From an uncultured Terriglobus sp. (GTDB lineage: Bacteria; Acidobacteriota; Terriglobia; Terriglobales; Acidobacteriaceae), in contig CALMRM010000015.1 of assembly GCA_937871605.1 (NCBI GenBank), positions 9,953 through 45,896 on the forward strand: a stretch of DNA of 35,944 nt. Reading direction: 5' to 3'. The notes below the pieces were generated by a model. It ran no database searches. It was not told the origin of the DNA and saw only the letters and a list, made by a program, of their open reading frames with translations. Every line of letters begins with the position of its first letter. Position 1 is the first letter of the stretch. This document shows positions 1 to 9,590 of the stretch, piece after piece. A program made the translations under genes and the position numbers.

Positions 1-2
1 AC

Positions 3-443
3 GTCATCCAGATCTTCGACAGCTGGGCGGGTGCGCTGTCTGTCAGCGATTACCGCGACTTTGTGCTGCCCGCCACCACGGAGCTGGTGCAGCGCGTGCA
101 GGCGCTGGGCGTGCCCGTCATCTACTTTGGCGTGGACACGGCATCGCTGCTGAGCACCATGCGCGAGACCGGTGCCGATGTCCTGGGTCTGGACTGGCGC
201 GTGCCGCTGGACGAGGGCTGGCGGCTGGCCGGGCCGCACGTCGCCGTGCAGGGCAACCTGGATCCCATCGCGCTCTTCGCGCCGGAAGACCTGCTGAAGC
301 AGCGTGTGAAAGAAGTGCTGGATGCGGCTGGCAATCGCCCGGGACATATCTTCAATCTGGGTCACGGCATTGTGCCCGGTACGCCGGTGGACAACGTCAT
401 TCACGTGGCCCGCTGGGTGAAGGAATTGAGTGTGCGCGCATGA
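3..443 (+). CDS. hemE: Uroporphyrinogen decarboxylase, 5'-truncated by the window edge
   Basis: Motifs VIQIFDSWAG, LGLDW, VQGNLDP and HIFNLGHGI; the stop overlaps the next ATG (ATGA at 440-443). Confidence 0.97.
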   Translation, partial: VIQIFDSWAGALSVSDYRDFVLPATTELVQRVQALGVPVIYFGVDTASLLSTMRETGADVLGLDWRVPLDEGWRLAGPHVAVQGNLDPIALFAPEDLLKQRVKEVLDAAGNRPGHIFNLGHGIVPGTPVDNVIHVARWVKELSVRA

Positions 444-1693
444 ACGATCTTGGATATTTTCTGCTTGGTCTCGCCAGCGAGAAGCTGAAGCTGCGCGAAC
501 GGCTAGAGCCTGTTCATCAGCAGCTTGCCGCGGCGACCGCGAAGGGAGACGCGCGTGTATTGGCCAGCTACGAAATCAGCAACGCCGACCAGATTGCCGC
601 CGCCATGGCCGCGCCTGAGGTCGTACAGCCTGAGCCGGAGCACTTCGACGCCATCCTGCTGCTGGCGCACGGCACGCCCGATGTGCTGGGCGAGATGGAC
701 GCGTACCTGAAGCTGGTGACGGGTGGGCGTGGTGTGCCGCCGCACGTGGTGCATGAGCTGCAGGAGCGCTACGCCGAGATCGGCCTGAAGGACGAGCCCA
801 CGCCCGAAGGCCCGCACCTGACGCGCTGGACCCTGCTGCAGGGCAAGCTGTTGCAGCAGCGGCTGGGCACGCCGGTGTACGTGGGTATGCGCAACTGGCA
901 CCCCTTTATCGCCGACACGGTCGAGCAGATGAAGGCTGACGGTGTGAAGAAAATCCGCGCCATCTGCCTGGCGCCGCAGAACAGCCGCACCAGCGTGGGG
1001 CTGTACCGCCGCGCGCTGGAAACCGCTGCCGCGGGTGCGTTCGAGATTGACTTTGTCGCGGGCTGGAGTGAGCACACGCTGCTCGTCCGCGCGCTGGCAG
1101 AGCGTATGCGCGCGGCGCTGGAGAAGGCCCGCGCAACAGGCGCAAAGACAGCCGTGCTGTTCACGGCGCACTCGGTTCCCTGCCGCACCATCCAAGCCAA
1201 GCCCAGCGAGCATCATGGTATGCTGCTGACCACCGAGGCTGACACCTACGCCATCGAGTGCAAGGCCACGGCGCGGCACATTGCTGAGGAACTCGCCGAC
1301 ATCCTGGACGAAAAAGATTGGTACTTCTGCTTCCAGAGCCAGGGGCTGAGCGGTGGCCCATGGATCGGCCCGGGCGTGGAGGACAACCTGCGCGCGCTGA
1401 AAGAGTCTGGCTACGACCATGCCGTGCTGCAGCCCGTCGGCTTCCTGTGCGACCACGTCGAAATCCTGTACGACATCGACATCGACTTCCAGAAGACCGC
1501 CGCCGAGATCGGCATCACGATCTCACGCGCGGACAGCCTGAACGATTCGCCCACGCTGATCGCGGCGTTGGCCGACGTAGCACGTCGCGGCGCGCGCAGC
1601 CTGCCGGTGCACACCAGGCCTGTGCCGTCCGGTGGGGTCGAGGTTGCAACGGTATTGCAGCCCGTGGACGACCGTGAACCGGCGGCGGTTTAG
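440..1693 (+). CDS. hemH: Ferrochelatase (probably coproporphyrin ferrochelatase type) with a ~65-aa N-terminal extension
   Basis: LLLAHGTP, GMRNWHP, FTAHS, FQSQG, W-x-GP, GFLCDHVEILYDID; lies between hemE and hemY. Confidence 0.95.
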   Translation: MNDLGYFLLGLASEKLKLRERLEPVHQQLAAATAKGDARVLASYEISNADQIAAAMAAPEVVQPEPEHFDAILLLAHGTPDVLGEMDAYLKLVTGGRGVPPHVVHELQERYAEIGLKDEPTPEGPHLTRWTLLQGKLLQQRLGTPVYVGMRNWHPFIADTVEQMKADGVKKIRAICLAPQNSRTSVGLYRRALETAAAGAFEIDFVAGWSEHTLLVRALAERMRAALEKARATGAKTAVLFTAHSVPCRTIQAKPSEHHGMLLTTEADTYAIECKATARHIAEELADILDEKDWYFCFQSQGLSGGPWIGPGVEDNLRALKESGYDHAVLQPVGFLCDHVEILYDIDIDFQKTAAEIGITISRADSLNDSPTLIAALADVARRGARSLPVHTRPVPSGGVEVATVLQPVDDREPAAV

Positions 1694-1721
1694 CTTCGGT
1701 ACCATTCGTACGGCACCTTGT

Positions 1722-1805
1722 GTCGCGCCTACAGCGCTCGGAATTCGGGTGGCTCGGCTACCTAGGCCTTCGGCCTAGGCTGTTATGGCACGGGCCTCTG
1801 GCCCT
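1722..1805. repeat. Degenerate REP-like palindromic element (family B-related)
   Basis: CCTAGGCCTTCGGCCTAGG palindrome plus GCACGGGCCTCTGGCCCT, similar to 3490-3534. Confidence 0.65.
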
Positions 1806-1840
1806 AGATGCAGCCGTCGGTTGCGGAGGGATGCGCGCTC

Positions 1841-3268
1841 GTGACTAAGTCCGTAGCCATTGTGGGCGGGGGCATCGCGGGTTTGGCTGCCGCCTACGAA
1901 TTCACAAAGCAGCAGCAGGCGGGCGCGGACCTTACGTTCACCCTGTTCGAAGCCTCCAATCGCCTGGGCGGCATCGTGGACACGGTGCGCCAGGACGGCT
2001 ACGTGCTGGAGGGTGGGCCGGACGGCTGGGTGTCTGAAAAGCCCTGGGCGCGCGAACTGGCCATTGAGCTTGGGCTCGAGCAGGATCTGATCTACTCCAA
2101 CGACGCGGAACGCGTCACGTACATTCTGCGGAACGGCAAACTGCTGCCGCTGCCAGATGGCATGCGCATGATGGTGCCCACCGATCTCCACGCGCTCGAG
2201 GGCAGCCCGCTTTTCAGCGACGAGGCGCGCCACTGGTACCGCACCGAACCTTTACGCGCGGCTGAGTTGAAAGCAAACGCACCCGACGCGGACGAGTCCG
2301 TCGCCAGCTTTGTGCTGCGGCATTTTGGGCGCGAAGTGCTGGAAACGGTAGGCGCGCCGCTGCTGAACGGCGTCTTTGGCGGCGACGTGCACCAGTTAAG
2401 CGTGCAGGCCGTGATGCAGCCGTTTGTGCAGATGGAGCGCGAGTTCGGCTCGCTGATCGTGGCCCTACAAACGCGCGCGCGCACCGGCCGAGTGGCGCAG
2501 CCCATCTTCACCTCGCTCCGCGGCGGCGTGGCCCAACTCACTTACGCACTTGCGGCGACACTGCCGTCGAACGCTCTCCTGCTGAACCGGCGCGTGCTCA
2601 CGCTCGCACGCGCTGGCCAGCAATGGCACCTCCACACAGCGCATACCGGCGATGCACCGCCACCCGCTACAGGCGACTCCCAGCCGTTGCGATTCGACGC
2701 CGTGCTGCTGGCGCTGCCAGTGTGGGAGACGCGCCGGCTCTTGCAGGACTTGGACCCCGCGCTCGCTGCGCTGCTGGAGACGCCGGGCAGCTCGGCCCTG
2801 ACGGTCGCGTACGCCCTGCCCGCCGGCCAGCCCGTGCCGTGGCCCAAGGGGTTCGGCTTTCTGGCGCTGCCGGGTGGGTCTGTGCGGATGCTGGCTGCTA
2901 CCTTCGCGGACCAGAAGTTTCCGCACCGCGCACCTGCCGGGGGGCACTCCGTACGCGTCTACTATGGCGGCAGCGAGGCCGAAGCCATGCGGCATCAAGA
3001 CGTGAAAACCCTGGCCTATGCGGAGCTGGAACGCATCGTGGGGGCGCTGCCGAAGCCGCTGCACAGCAGCGTTCGCTACTGGCCGATGGCTCTGCCGCAG
3101 TACCACGTGGGCCACCTGCAGCGTGTGGCAGAGCTGGACCGGCGCGTGGCTGAGCTTGGTGGATTACAGCTGCTGGGCAACGGCTTTCGCGGTGTTGGCC
3201 TGCCGGACCTTATTCGCGACGCGCGTGTCACCGCACGCGCTGTAGCGAGTGCCAGCATGGCTCCCTGA
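1841..3268 (+). CDS. hemY: FAD-dependent proto/coproporphyrinogen oxidase (HemY/CgoX family)
   Basis: IVGGGIAGLAAA dinucleotide fold, RLGG, EGGPDG, GFGFL, PQYHVGH, GVGLPD; GTG start with GGAGGG upstream. Confidence 0.93.
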   Translation: MTKSVAIVGGGIAGLAAAYEFTKQQQAGADLTFTLFEASNRLGGIVDTVRQDGYVLEGGPDGWVSEKPWARELAIELGLEQDLIYSNDAERVTYILRNGKLLPLPDGMRMMVPTDLHALEGSPLFSDEARHWYRTEPLRAAELKANAPDADESVASFVLRHFGREVLETVGAPLLNGVFGGDVHQLSVQAVMQPFVQMEREFGSLIVALQTRARTGRVAQPIFTSLRGGVAQLTYALAATLPSNALLLNRRVLTLARAGQQWHLHTAHTGDAPPPATGDSQPLRFDAVLLALPVWETRRLLQDLDPALAALLETPGSSALTVAYALPAGQPVPWPKGFGFLALPGGSVRMLAATFADQKFPHRAPAGGHSVRVYYGGSEAEAMRHQDVKTLAYAELERIVGALPKPLHSSVRYWPMALPQYHVGHLQRVAELDRRVAELGGLQLLGNGFRGVGLPDLIRDARVTARAVASASMAP

Positions 3269-3339
3269 CGAACGTCCACAAAGGGTGAGGATCAAGCTAT
3301 GTCGCCAGGCTTACCGCTGGGTAGCCCAGGGGGGGGGGC

Positions 3340-3534
3340 CGCAACGGCCGACGGCCCCAAACATACCCGCCTGGGCAAACGCCCCAGCCACCGCGAGCAT
3401 AAACGTCAGAGCGCCACAGGCGCGACCTATGCGTTTCCGGTTGCCCGATGTGTCGTGCCCTTGGCACTCTGTTCTGCGAATTCCTCTAACCCAGCCCTTC
3501 GGACTGGGCTGGTATAGCACGGGCCTTCGGCCCT
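3340..3534. repeat. Composite REP-like element (family B-related) between convergent genes
   Basis: CTGGGCAAACGCCCCAG, GAGCGCCACAGGCGCGAC and CCCAGCCCTTCGGACTGGG...GGGCCTTCGGCCCT hairpin motifs; resembles 1722-1805. Confidence 0.65.
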
Positions 3535-3590
3535 GGGCTAGGAGCCGCGCCTCACCAGCATATGCTCTGCATGGCGGACGGCTTTGTGTC

Positions 3591-4091
3591 TTACCCCGCC
3601 GGTCGAAACACAAAGCGCTGCAGGTGCAGCCAGGGGCCGCCCAGGTAGCGCCACAGGTCTAGCCCCACTGCCGACACGGAGAAGGCGCGAAAGCCCGCCT
3701 GCAGCAGCACCAGCGTCTTCTTCGCTTCGTCTGGCGTGACTTTGTTCTGCACCACTACGTGCGGACGAAGGCCCTGGCGATCCTGCGCGGACAGCTGCTC
3801 GTCAAAGGCGTCGCTCAGGCTGCGGTGCAGCGCTTTTGCCTCTGTTGACTGCAGAAAATAGGCGACGCCCTTGCCCATGGAGCGCAACTCCGTCACCTGC
3901 ATGGGAAAGGCGGGCTGCCCGCTGGCCGCCTGTTCCAGCACGGCATGGGTCAGCTCCTCTTCGCGCAATGAGTGGAAGAGCGACAGGTGCGCTGGGATGC
4001 GATTGAGCGCTGCCGGAAAGTAGCGCTGGCGCAGATCTTCAAAGCGCGCCTGCGAAGCCCCGTCCAGCGCCAGCGTCAGAACACAGGACAC
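3591..4091 (-). CDS. 2H phosphoesterase / 2'-5' RNA ligase family protein
   Basis: PAHLSLFH and RPHVVVQNKV motifs, WRYLGGPW C-terminus. Confidence 0.85.
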   Translation of the reverse strand: MSCVLTLALDGASQARFEDLRQRYFPAALNRIPAHLSLFHSLREEELTHAVLEQAASGQPAFPMQVTELRSMGKGVAYFLQSTEAKALHRSLSDAFDEQLSAQDRQGLRPHVVVQNKVTPDEAKKTLVLLQAGFRAFSVSAVGLDLWRYLGGPWLHLQRFVFRPAG

Positions 4092-4099
4092 GACTTCAC

Positions 4100-4696
4100 C
4101 TACTGCTGCGGCTTGGTCGCGGGCGCTTTGAGCGACGGCGGCGCGCCAGCGGGTCCACCCGCCGCGGGAGCGGCACCGCCCGACGGAGTGGCAGCTGCTT
4201 TCAGCTTAGCCACGTAGTCCTGCGTCACCGTCGCCAATTTTGGCTGCAGCTCCTTGATGCGGTTCTGCACCAAGGTCGTCGACTTCATCGCCAGGTCGGG
4301 TGTCTTGGTGATCAGGGCCTGTCCTGCGGGCGTCTTATAAAACGCGAGGATGCCGTCCAGCTCGGCCTCGGTGAAGCTGTCTACGTAATACTGCACGATC
4401 AAGGGACGGATCTTTTCGTAGCCTACTTCGTCCATGGTGATGGTGTTGATCTGCTTCTGGTAGTCGTCGGTCAACTTGGTCTGCGCCGTGTTCAACGGAG
4501 CCACGCCGGACTGCTGCTTGGCCAGTTCGTTGATGCGCGCTTCCAGTGCCGACAGCTGGGTCTGCATCTGCGTGTCGGACTTGGTGACGGCCAGCATCTG
4601 CTCGGCCTTGGCGCGGTGGCTGGCGTCGTCGGCATGCGCCATGGGGAGTGTGGCGAGCGCGGCAAGGGCGAAGGGCAGCATGGAACGAAAACGCAT
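4100..4696 (-). CDS. DUF2059-like secreted protein
   Basis: Signal peptide; FTEAELDGILAFYKTPAGQ signature; GGAG RBS before the ATG at 4696. Confidence 0.85.
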   Translation of the reverse strand: MRFRSMLPFALAALATLPMAHADDASHRAKAEQMLAVTKSDTQMQTQLSALEARINELAKQQSGVAPLNTAQTKLTDDYQKQINTITMDEVGYEKIRPLIVQYYVDSFTEAELDGILAFYKTPAGQALITKTPDLAMKSTTLVQNRIKELQPKLATVTQDYVAKLKAAATPSGGAAPAAGGPAGAPPSLKAPATKPQQ

Positions 4697-4809
4697 AGGA
4701 TCTCCGGGCGGCGGCAGGGCTGGCAACACAGCCCTGGTGGTTCGACGCAACACTTAAAAGCATAGCGTGTCTGCGCTGCCTGTGCCGGGCCATGTAGGCT
4801 GGCAAGGAT

Positions 4810-6060
4810 ATGCCACTGCTCTCCTGCACCGATGCGCTGCAGCTGATTGCCAGCAAAATACAGGCGCTCTCCGCCCTGCGCGCCGTTGAAATCGTGGGGC
4901 TGGACGAGGCGCATGGCCGCGTACTCGCGCAGCCCGTCGCCGCCGACCGCGACCAGCCGCCGTTTCCGCGCTCTACCCGCGACGGCTATGCCCTGCGCGC
5001 GACGGATGCGGGCAGCCCGCTGGCGTTGCTGGGCGGCATCCGCGCCGGGGAGCAATGGACTGGCAAGCCACTGGCTGCGGGAGAGACCATCGAGATCATG
5101 ACTGGCGCGCCCGTGCCGGTGGGTGCAGATGCAGTCGTCATGCTGGAGCATGTGTCCGCAGATGCCGCTGCAGTCACGCTGCAGCCAGGCCGCAGCGCGA
5201 AAGCTGGCGAAAACATTGTGCAGCAGGCAGCGGAGGCACGCGCGGGCGACGTGCTGTTGCAGCCCGGTACGCGGCTGGGCCCGGCGGAGATCGCCCTGCT
5301 GGCCTCGGTCGGTGCAGCGCAGGTGGACGTGTTCGCACGGCCTGCGGTGGCGATCCTCTCCACGGGCGACGAGCTGGTGCCGGTACACGAGACCCCTGCG
5401 CCTATGCAGATTCGCAACTCGAACGCGCACGGCCTGGCTGCCATGGTTGCCGCACAGGGTGGTGTGCCGCGCATCCTGCCCATTGCGGCGGACACGCGTG
5501 AGGCACTGCACGCGGCCATCACCGCGGCGCGCGGTGCGGACATGCTGCTGCTCTCCGGCGGTGTCTCCGCGGGAAAATACGATTTTGTCAAGGATGCCCT
5601 CTTGGCCCTTGGTGCGGAATTCTTTTTCACCGGCGTCGCCATGCAACCGGGCAAACCCGCAGTGTTCGGACGCATTCCTCCAGACAGCACGCACGGCGAG
5701 CAGTGGGTATTTGGACTGCCCGGCAACCCGGTCTCCACGCAGGTAACGGCGCTGTTGTTTGCCATGCCCATGTTGCGTGCGCTGGGCGGGGAGGGCGCGA
5801 ACGGCGAGGGCGAACGCACCGCGCCTCAGCCCTTCCTTGCCGAGGCGCGGCTCGCAGAAGTCGTTGCGGTGCGTCCGGGGCTGACGCGCTTTCTGCCTGC
5901 GCTGCTCACGTCGTCGCTCGGGGGTGCGACGGTGCGCACCACGGGCTGGCAGGGCTCCGGCGATTTGAACGCGAATGCCCGCGCCAACTGCTACCTGGTG
6001 GTGCCGCCGGACGCCGAGCGACTGGGCGAGGGCACCACTGTCACGGTCTTGCTGCAGTAG
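4810..6060 (+). CDS. moeA: Molybdopterin molybdotransferase
   Basis: PPFPRSTRDGYA, IMTGAPVP, STGDEL, SGGVSAGKYDFV, PGKP, LPGNPVS. Confidence 0.96.
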   Translation: MPLLSCTDALQLIASKIQALSALRAVEIVGLDEAHGRVLAQPVAADRDQPPFPRSTRDGYALRATDAGSPLALLGGIRAGEQWTGKPLAAGETIEIMTGAPVPVGADAVVMLEHVSADAAAVTLQPGRSAKAGENIVQQAAEARAGDVLLQPGTRLGPAEIALLASVGAAQVDVFARPAVAILSTGDELVPVHETPAPMQIRNSNAHGLAAMVAAQGGVPRILPIAADTREALHAAITAARGADMLLLSGGVSAGKYDFVKDALLALGAEFFFTGVAMQPGKPAVFGRIPPDSTHGEQWVFGLPGNPVSTQVTALLFAMPMLRALGGEGANGEGERTAPQPFLAEARLAEVVAVRPGLTRFLPALLTSSLGGATVRTTGWQGSGDLNANARANCYLVVPPDAERLGEGTTVTVLLQ

Positions 6061-6070
6061 GCTCAAGGGT

Positions 6071-6280
6071 ATGGCGGAACGGATGAGCACGCGCAGCCGC
6101 GTGGGCAAGATGCTGGTGGGCGCGGCGGTCATCGTACCCGCTCTGGCGGTGGCCGCCATGATCGTAATGAGCCACTACCTGTTCGTGCAGTACGAGCGGC
6201 GCAGCCTGATCCGCTGGATCGTGGTCGATGCTGCGGTACTGGGCCTAGGACTCATCCTGAGCGGCGAGGAGGGCCTGTGA
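6071..6280 (+). CDS. Small 2-TM membrane protein
   Basis: Two hydrophobic segments; the stop overlaps the moaC GTG (GTGA); TAGGCT 7 nt upstream of the ATG. Confidence 0.6.
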   Translation: MAERMSTRSRVGKMLVGAAVIVPALAVAAMIVMSHYLFVQYERRSLIRWIVVDAAVLGLGLILSGEEGL

Positions 6281-6795
6281 GCAAACGCGCTGCGCCGAAG
6301 CGGGCCGATGGCAAACTGTCGCACTACACCGACGCGGGCGAGGCGCGCATGGTGGACGTGAGTGCCAAGTCGCCCACGCGCCGCGAGGCCGTCGCCGAGG
6401 CCTTTGTCGAACTCAACGCCGAGGTGCTGGCCGCGTTGCCGCAGAACCCCAAGGGCAATCCGCTCGAAGTAGCCCGCTTCGCCGGGATCACTGCCGCCAA
6501 AAGGACTGCCGACCTCATCCCCATGTGCCACCCGCTGCCGCTTTCGTTCATTGACGTGGAGGCAACGGTCATCCAGCCGGCAGCGCTGTTTAACACCGGC
6601 GGCGGTGTGCGCATCCGCGCCACGGCTGCCACTGTTGCCGGTACCGGCGTCGAGATGGAAGCCATGACCGCCGCCGCCGTGGCCGCGCTCACCGTCTACG
6701 ACATGACCAAGGCGCTCGACCAAGGCATCCGCATCCGCGAGGTCGTGCTGCTCAGCAAAACCGGCGGCAAAAGCGGCGAGTACCGGCGCAAGTAG
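6277..6795 (+). CDS. moaC: Cyclic pyranopterin monophosphate synthase
   Basis: MVDVSAK, LIPMCHPL, TGVEMEA, YDMTKA, KTGGKSG. Confidence 0.97.
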   Translation: MSKRAAPKRADGKLSHYTDAGEARMVDVSAKSPTRREAVAEAFVELNAEVLAALPQNPKGNPLEVARFAGITAAKRTADLIPMCHPLPLSFIDVEATVIQPAALFNTGGGVRIRATAATVAGTGVEMEAMTAAAVAALTVYDMTKALDQGIRIREVVLLSKTGGKSGEYRRK

Positions 6796-6823
6796 ACCTG
6801 AACACCTGATCGCTGTGCTCTAT

Positions 6824-6948
6824 GAACACGGTGCGCACAGAGCTTAACCACCGCGGACACAAGGAAGCGCATGTGAGGGTCCGCTCTGTGCACTCCGTGA
6901 GGGTCCGCTCTGTGCACTCCGTGTGTGTCCCTCCGTGTCACCGTGTTC
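6824..6948. repeat. Palindromic element (family D) containing a 24-bp tandem duplication
   Basis: 10-bp inverted repeat GAACACGGTG/CACCGTGTTC; GTGAGGGTCCGCTCTGTGCACTCC at 6873-6896 and 6897-6920. Confidence 0.75.
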
Positions 6949-6993
6949 TGCAAGCAGAGCCAATACTGGCAACCAGGCCAGACCTTGCGATCG

Positions 6994-7830
6994 CTACAGC
7001 TTGAACAATTCGCGCAACCGCTTCACCTGCGCGCGCGCCACGGGGATCTCCGTGTGCTTGCGGTCGTCCATGCGTAGCAGATAACTGGACTTGAACCAGG
7101 GCACCACCTCGCGAATGTGCTGGATGTTCACCAGAAAGCTGCGATGTGCGCGCCAAAAGGTGTCCGCATCCAGCTGGTCTGACAGTTCCTCCAGCGTGCG
7201 CACGTTCGAGGAACCCTCCAGCGTGGGCGTCACCACAGAGATGGTGCCCTCGTCGATGGCGGCAAAGCAGATGTCGCGCTGGTCCGCCAGCAGCAACCGT
7301 TGCGCCGCGCGCACCACCACCTTGCCCGAGCGCGCACGGGGCTCGCGCGCCGCCGCTGCCTGCTGTTGCAGCAGCTTCAGCAGCGAATCCAACCGCTCCT
7401 CCGCGCTGGCCTGCGGCACCATTTCCACGGCGGTCTCCGCGCTGCCCGGCGACTCCGCCGCACGGCGGCTGCGCACCTTGGCCATAGCCGCCGCCACACG
7501 CTTCTGCTCAAACGGCTTTAGGAGGTAGTCGATCGCGTTGACTTCAAACGCGCGCACCGCGTACTGGTCGAACGCCGTGGCAAACACCACTTCCGGCATG
7601 CGGATCGACTTCTCATCCAGGAGCTGCTTGAGCACGGCAAAGCCGTCGAGCCCCGGCATCTGCACGTCGATAAAGACCGCGTCCGGCACATGCGTGCGGA
7701 TGGTCTGCACCGCCTCCAAGCCGTTCGAAGCCTCGGCGATGATATCGATGTCACCCACGCGCTCGATGAGGTAGCGCAACTCGCGCCGGGCCAACTCCTC
7801 GTCATCGACAATGACCGCGGTCAAGGGCAT
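6994..7830 (-). CDS. LytR/AlgR family response regulator (REC + LytTR)
   Basis: IVDDE, FIDVQMPG, TAFDQYAVRAF, DYLLKP, FWRAHRSFLVN. Confidence 0.95.
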   Translation of the reverse strand: MPLTAVIVDDEELARRELRYLIERVGDIDIIAEASNGLEAVQTIRTHVPDAVFIDVQMPGLDGFAVLKQLLDEKSIRMPEVVFATAFDQYAVRAFEVNAIDYLLKPFEQKRVAAAMAKVRSRRAAESPGSAETAVEMVPQASAEERLDSLLKLLQQQAAAAREPRARSGKVVVRAAQRLLLADQRDICFAAIDEGTISVVTPTLEGSSNVRTLEELSDQLDADTFWRAHRSFLVNIQHIREVVPWFKSSYLLRMDDRKHTEIPVARAQVKRLRELFKL

Positions 7831-7862
7831 GTTCGCCAGTATAGGCTGCCGTCCGGCGCTGG

Positions 7863-8849
7863 CTACATGTTCGTCTGGCCGCTGCGCATTTCCTCGTTAA
7901 AGGTAGGCCGGGTAAAAGCCAGCGCTTCTGCCAGACGCGCCTCGTACTCGGGGCGGCGGTCCATCAGTGCTTCCGTGCTGCGCGCGAACTCCCCATCGGG
8001 CTGCAGTGCCAGCAGGCCCTTCGCGGCCAGTGCCTGCGCCGTCCCCTGCAGGTCGGCAGCGGTGGTGTTCAGGTACTGCGCGTCGCGTGGGTCTGCAATC
8101 CACACCGGTGCGCCGCTGCCAAACACACCGCTGCACCAGAAGACCTTCGCCGCCAGGAAGTCGGCCCGTTGCTGCGCGTCCGTGTCGTTGAAGATAAACC
8201 GGCTTTGCTTGGCAGAGTAGTAGCGCGTGGTCACCGGTACGGGCTGCCGGTTGCCGCTCTTCACCAGTTCCAACTGGCCCTGATCGAAAATCTTGCGCAC
8301 GGCGTTGTAGATGAAACCTTCAGCAAAGGGCTGCTCCGGCGCAGGTACCACCTCGGCAAAGGTCACAGTCATGCTGGCAGACACCTTGGCCCGCAGACGC
8401 GCGTCCGCTGCGGTCTTGCCGTCTTCCAGCCGCGCTTCGCCGTGCACAATGTACGTGTCCGCGCCGCTGGTGGACAGGTGGAAGGGCCAGCGCCACTCAC
8501 TCAGGCTGATGGGCAGGCCGCCCAGCGTGACATACAGGTCAGACCTTGGATTGCGCAGCCGCTTCGCTGCCTCCAGTAGAAACTCGTGCAGCGGCTTCTG
8601 AAAGGCATGGTGCTGCACATCAAACCCCGCGCTCAGCTCCAGCGTGGTGCGCGGGCCGGGCACCTGGTCTGCTGCAGGTTGCGCCGTTACGTCGCGCGCC
8701 GCCGCAGCCGCTGCCGGCATGAACGTAAACAGTTCCGTCGCTACGCCGTTAAAGCCGGAAGCATCTGTTGCCTCTACCACCTCAAGTCCGGCCTCGTGTG
8801 CCGCCTGCCGCACCTGCTCGGAAAGGGCTGTGTTCAGCGCAATTGCCAT
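7863..8849 (-). CDS. Hypothetical protein (328 aa)
   Basis: Long ORF with host-like codon usage, co-oriented with the LytTR gene; no family recognised. Confidence 0.8.
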   Translation of the reverse strand: MAIALNTALSEQVRQAAHEAGLEVVEATDASGFNGVATELFTFMPAAAAAARDVTAQPAADQVPGPRTTLELSAGFDVQHHAFQKPLHEFLLEAAKRLRNPRSDLYVTLGGLPISLSEWRWPFHLSTSGADTYIVHGEARLEDGKTAADARLRAKVSASMTVTFAEVVPAPEQPFAEGFIYNAVRKIFDQGQLELVKSGNRQPVPVTTRYYSAKQSRFIFNDTDAQQRADFLAAKVFWCSGVFGSGAPVWIADPRDAQYLNTTAADLQGTAQALAAKGLLALQPDGEFARSTEALMDRRPEYEARLAEALAFTRPTFNEEMRSGQTNM

Positions 8850-9059
8850 GGATCTGTCTTGCCTCGCTCAGTAAGTCGGTGTGCCCCGGGACCAGAACAC
8901 CCATTTGGCAACACGCATCCACAATCTTAGTGCAAGCACGCCCTGTGGCCTGCCGCGAGCCGCCGGACGCGGCTCTGGCAATTGCATTTCTGACGCAGAG
9001 AGGCCCCTTCCGCATGCGGGGTAACCGAGACGGAAAGGGCCTTCTGAGGTGCTGCGAAA

Positions 9060-9269
9060 TTACGCTGCCGCGGCTGGCACAAACCCGTCACAACCGCTGA
9101 TCGGCGTCACCTTCAGGTGCAGGCCTGAGAGCCTGGGATGGCCGCACTCATCGATCATGACGACGTTGGCCTGCTTGCTGGTGTGAATGCTTACGAGCAC
9201 ATCGTTCTGTGCGTGAGCCTCACCGAAGTGAGTACAAAGACCACACTGTCCCTGCTGAACTGCTTCCAT
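9060..9269 (-). CDS. Small Cys-rich protein (69 aa), possible Fe-S or metal binding
   Basis: GGAGG RBS; CGLCTHF...ECGH...GCDGF; hairpin at 9001-9051 just downstream. Confidence 0.75.
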   Translation of the reverse strand: MEAVQQGQCGLCTHFGEAHAQNDVLVSIHTSKQANVVMIDECGHPRLSGLHLKVTPISGCDGFVPAAAA

Positions 9270-9590
9270 GGAGCGCCTCCAAAAACTTCTAATAGCTAGG
9301 AGCGGTGGTGACGCCCTCACGTTGCCCACCGTTCCTATGAAATGAAGCATAGGTCTTGCAAATTCCCTTGTAAATCGCGACATATTTCGTCCTACTTCAC
9401 GCTTCCCGCGGACTTAGTGAGTCCTTGATGCAACTTACTAAGTGCTCTCAGATTGAGCCTGGTGAGTGCACGCCGGCTGCCTTGCCACCCCACTTCGCTG
9501 GTTCCGCACCGGGTGGGCGGTTGTACAGCGCAGAGGCATACACGACGCCACACGCGTGCCACGTGCATCGGAGTCTTTACAATAGAGTTC

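Noticed and set aside
3329-3338. G10 tract as a phase-variation site
   Set aside because: It is intergenic between convergent genes, with no promoter or CDS to switch
3249-3662. 137-aa ORF after hemY and other ORF extensions through repeats (for example 18257-18514, 28021-28227, 28048-28542)
   Set aside because: They translate REP-like DNA or the opposite strand; better starts exist downstream
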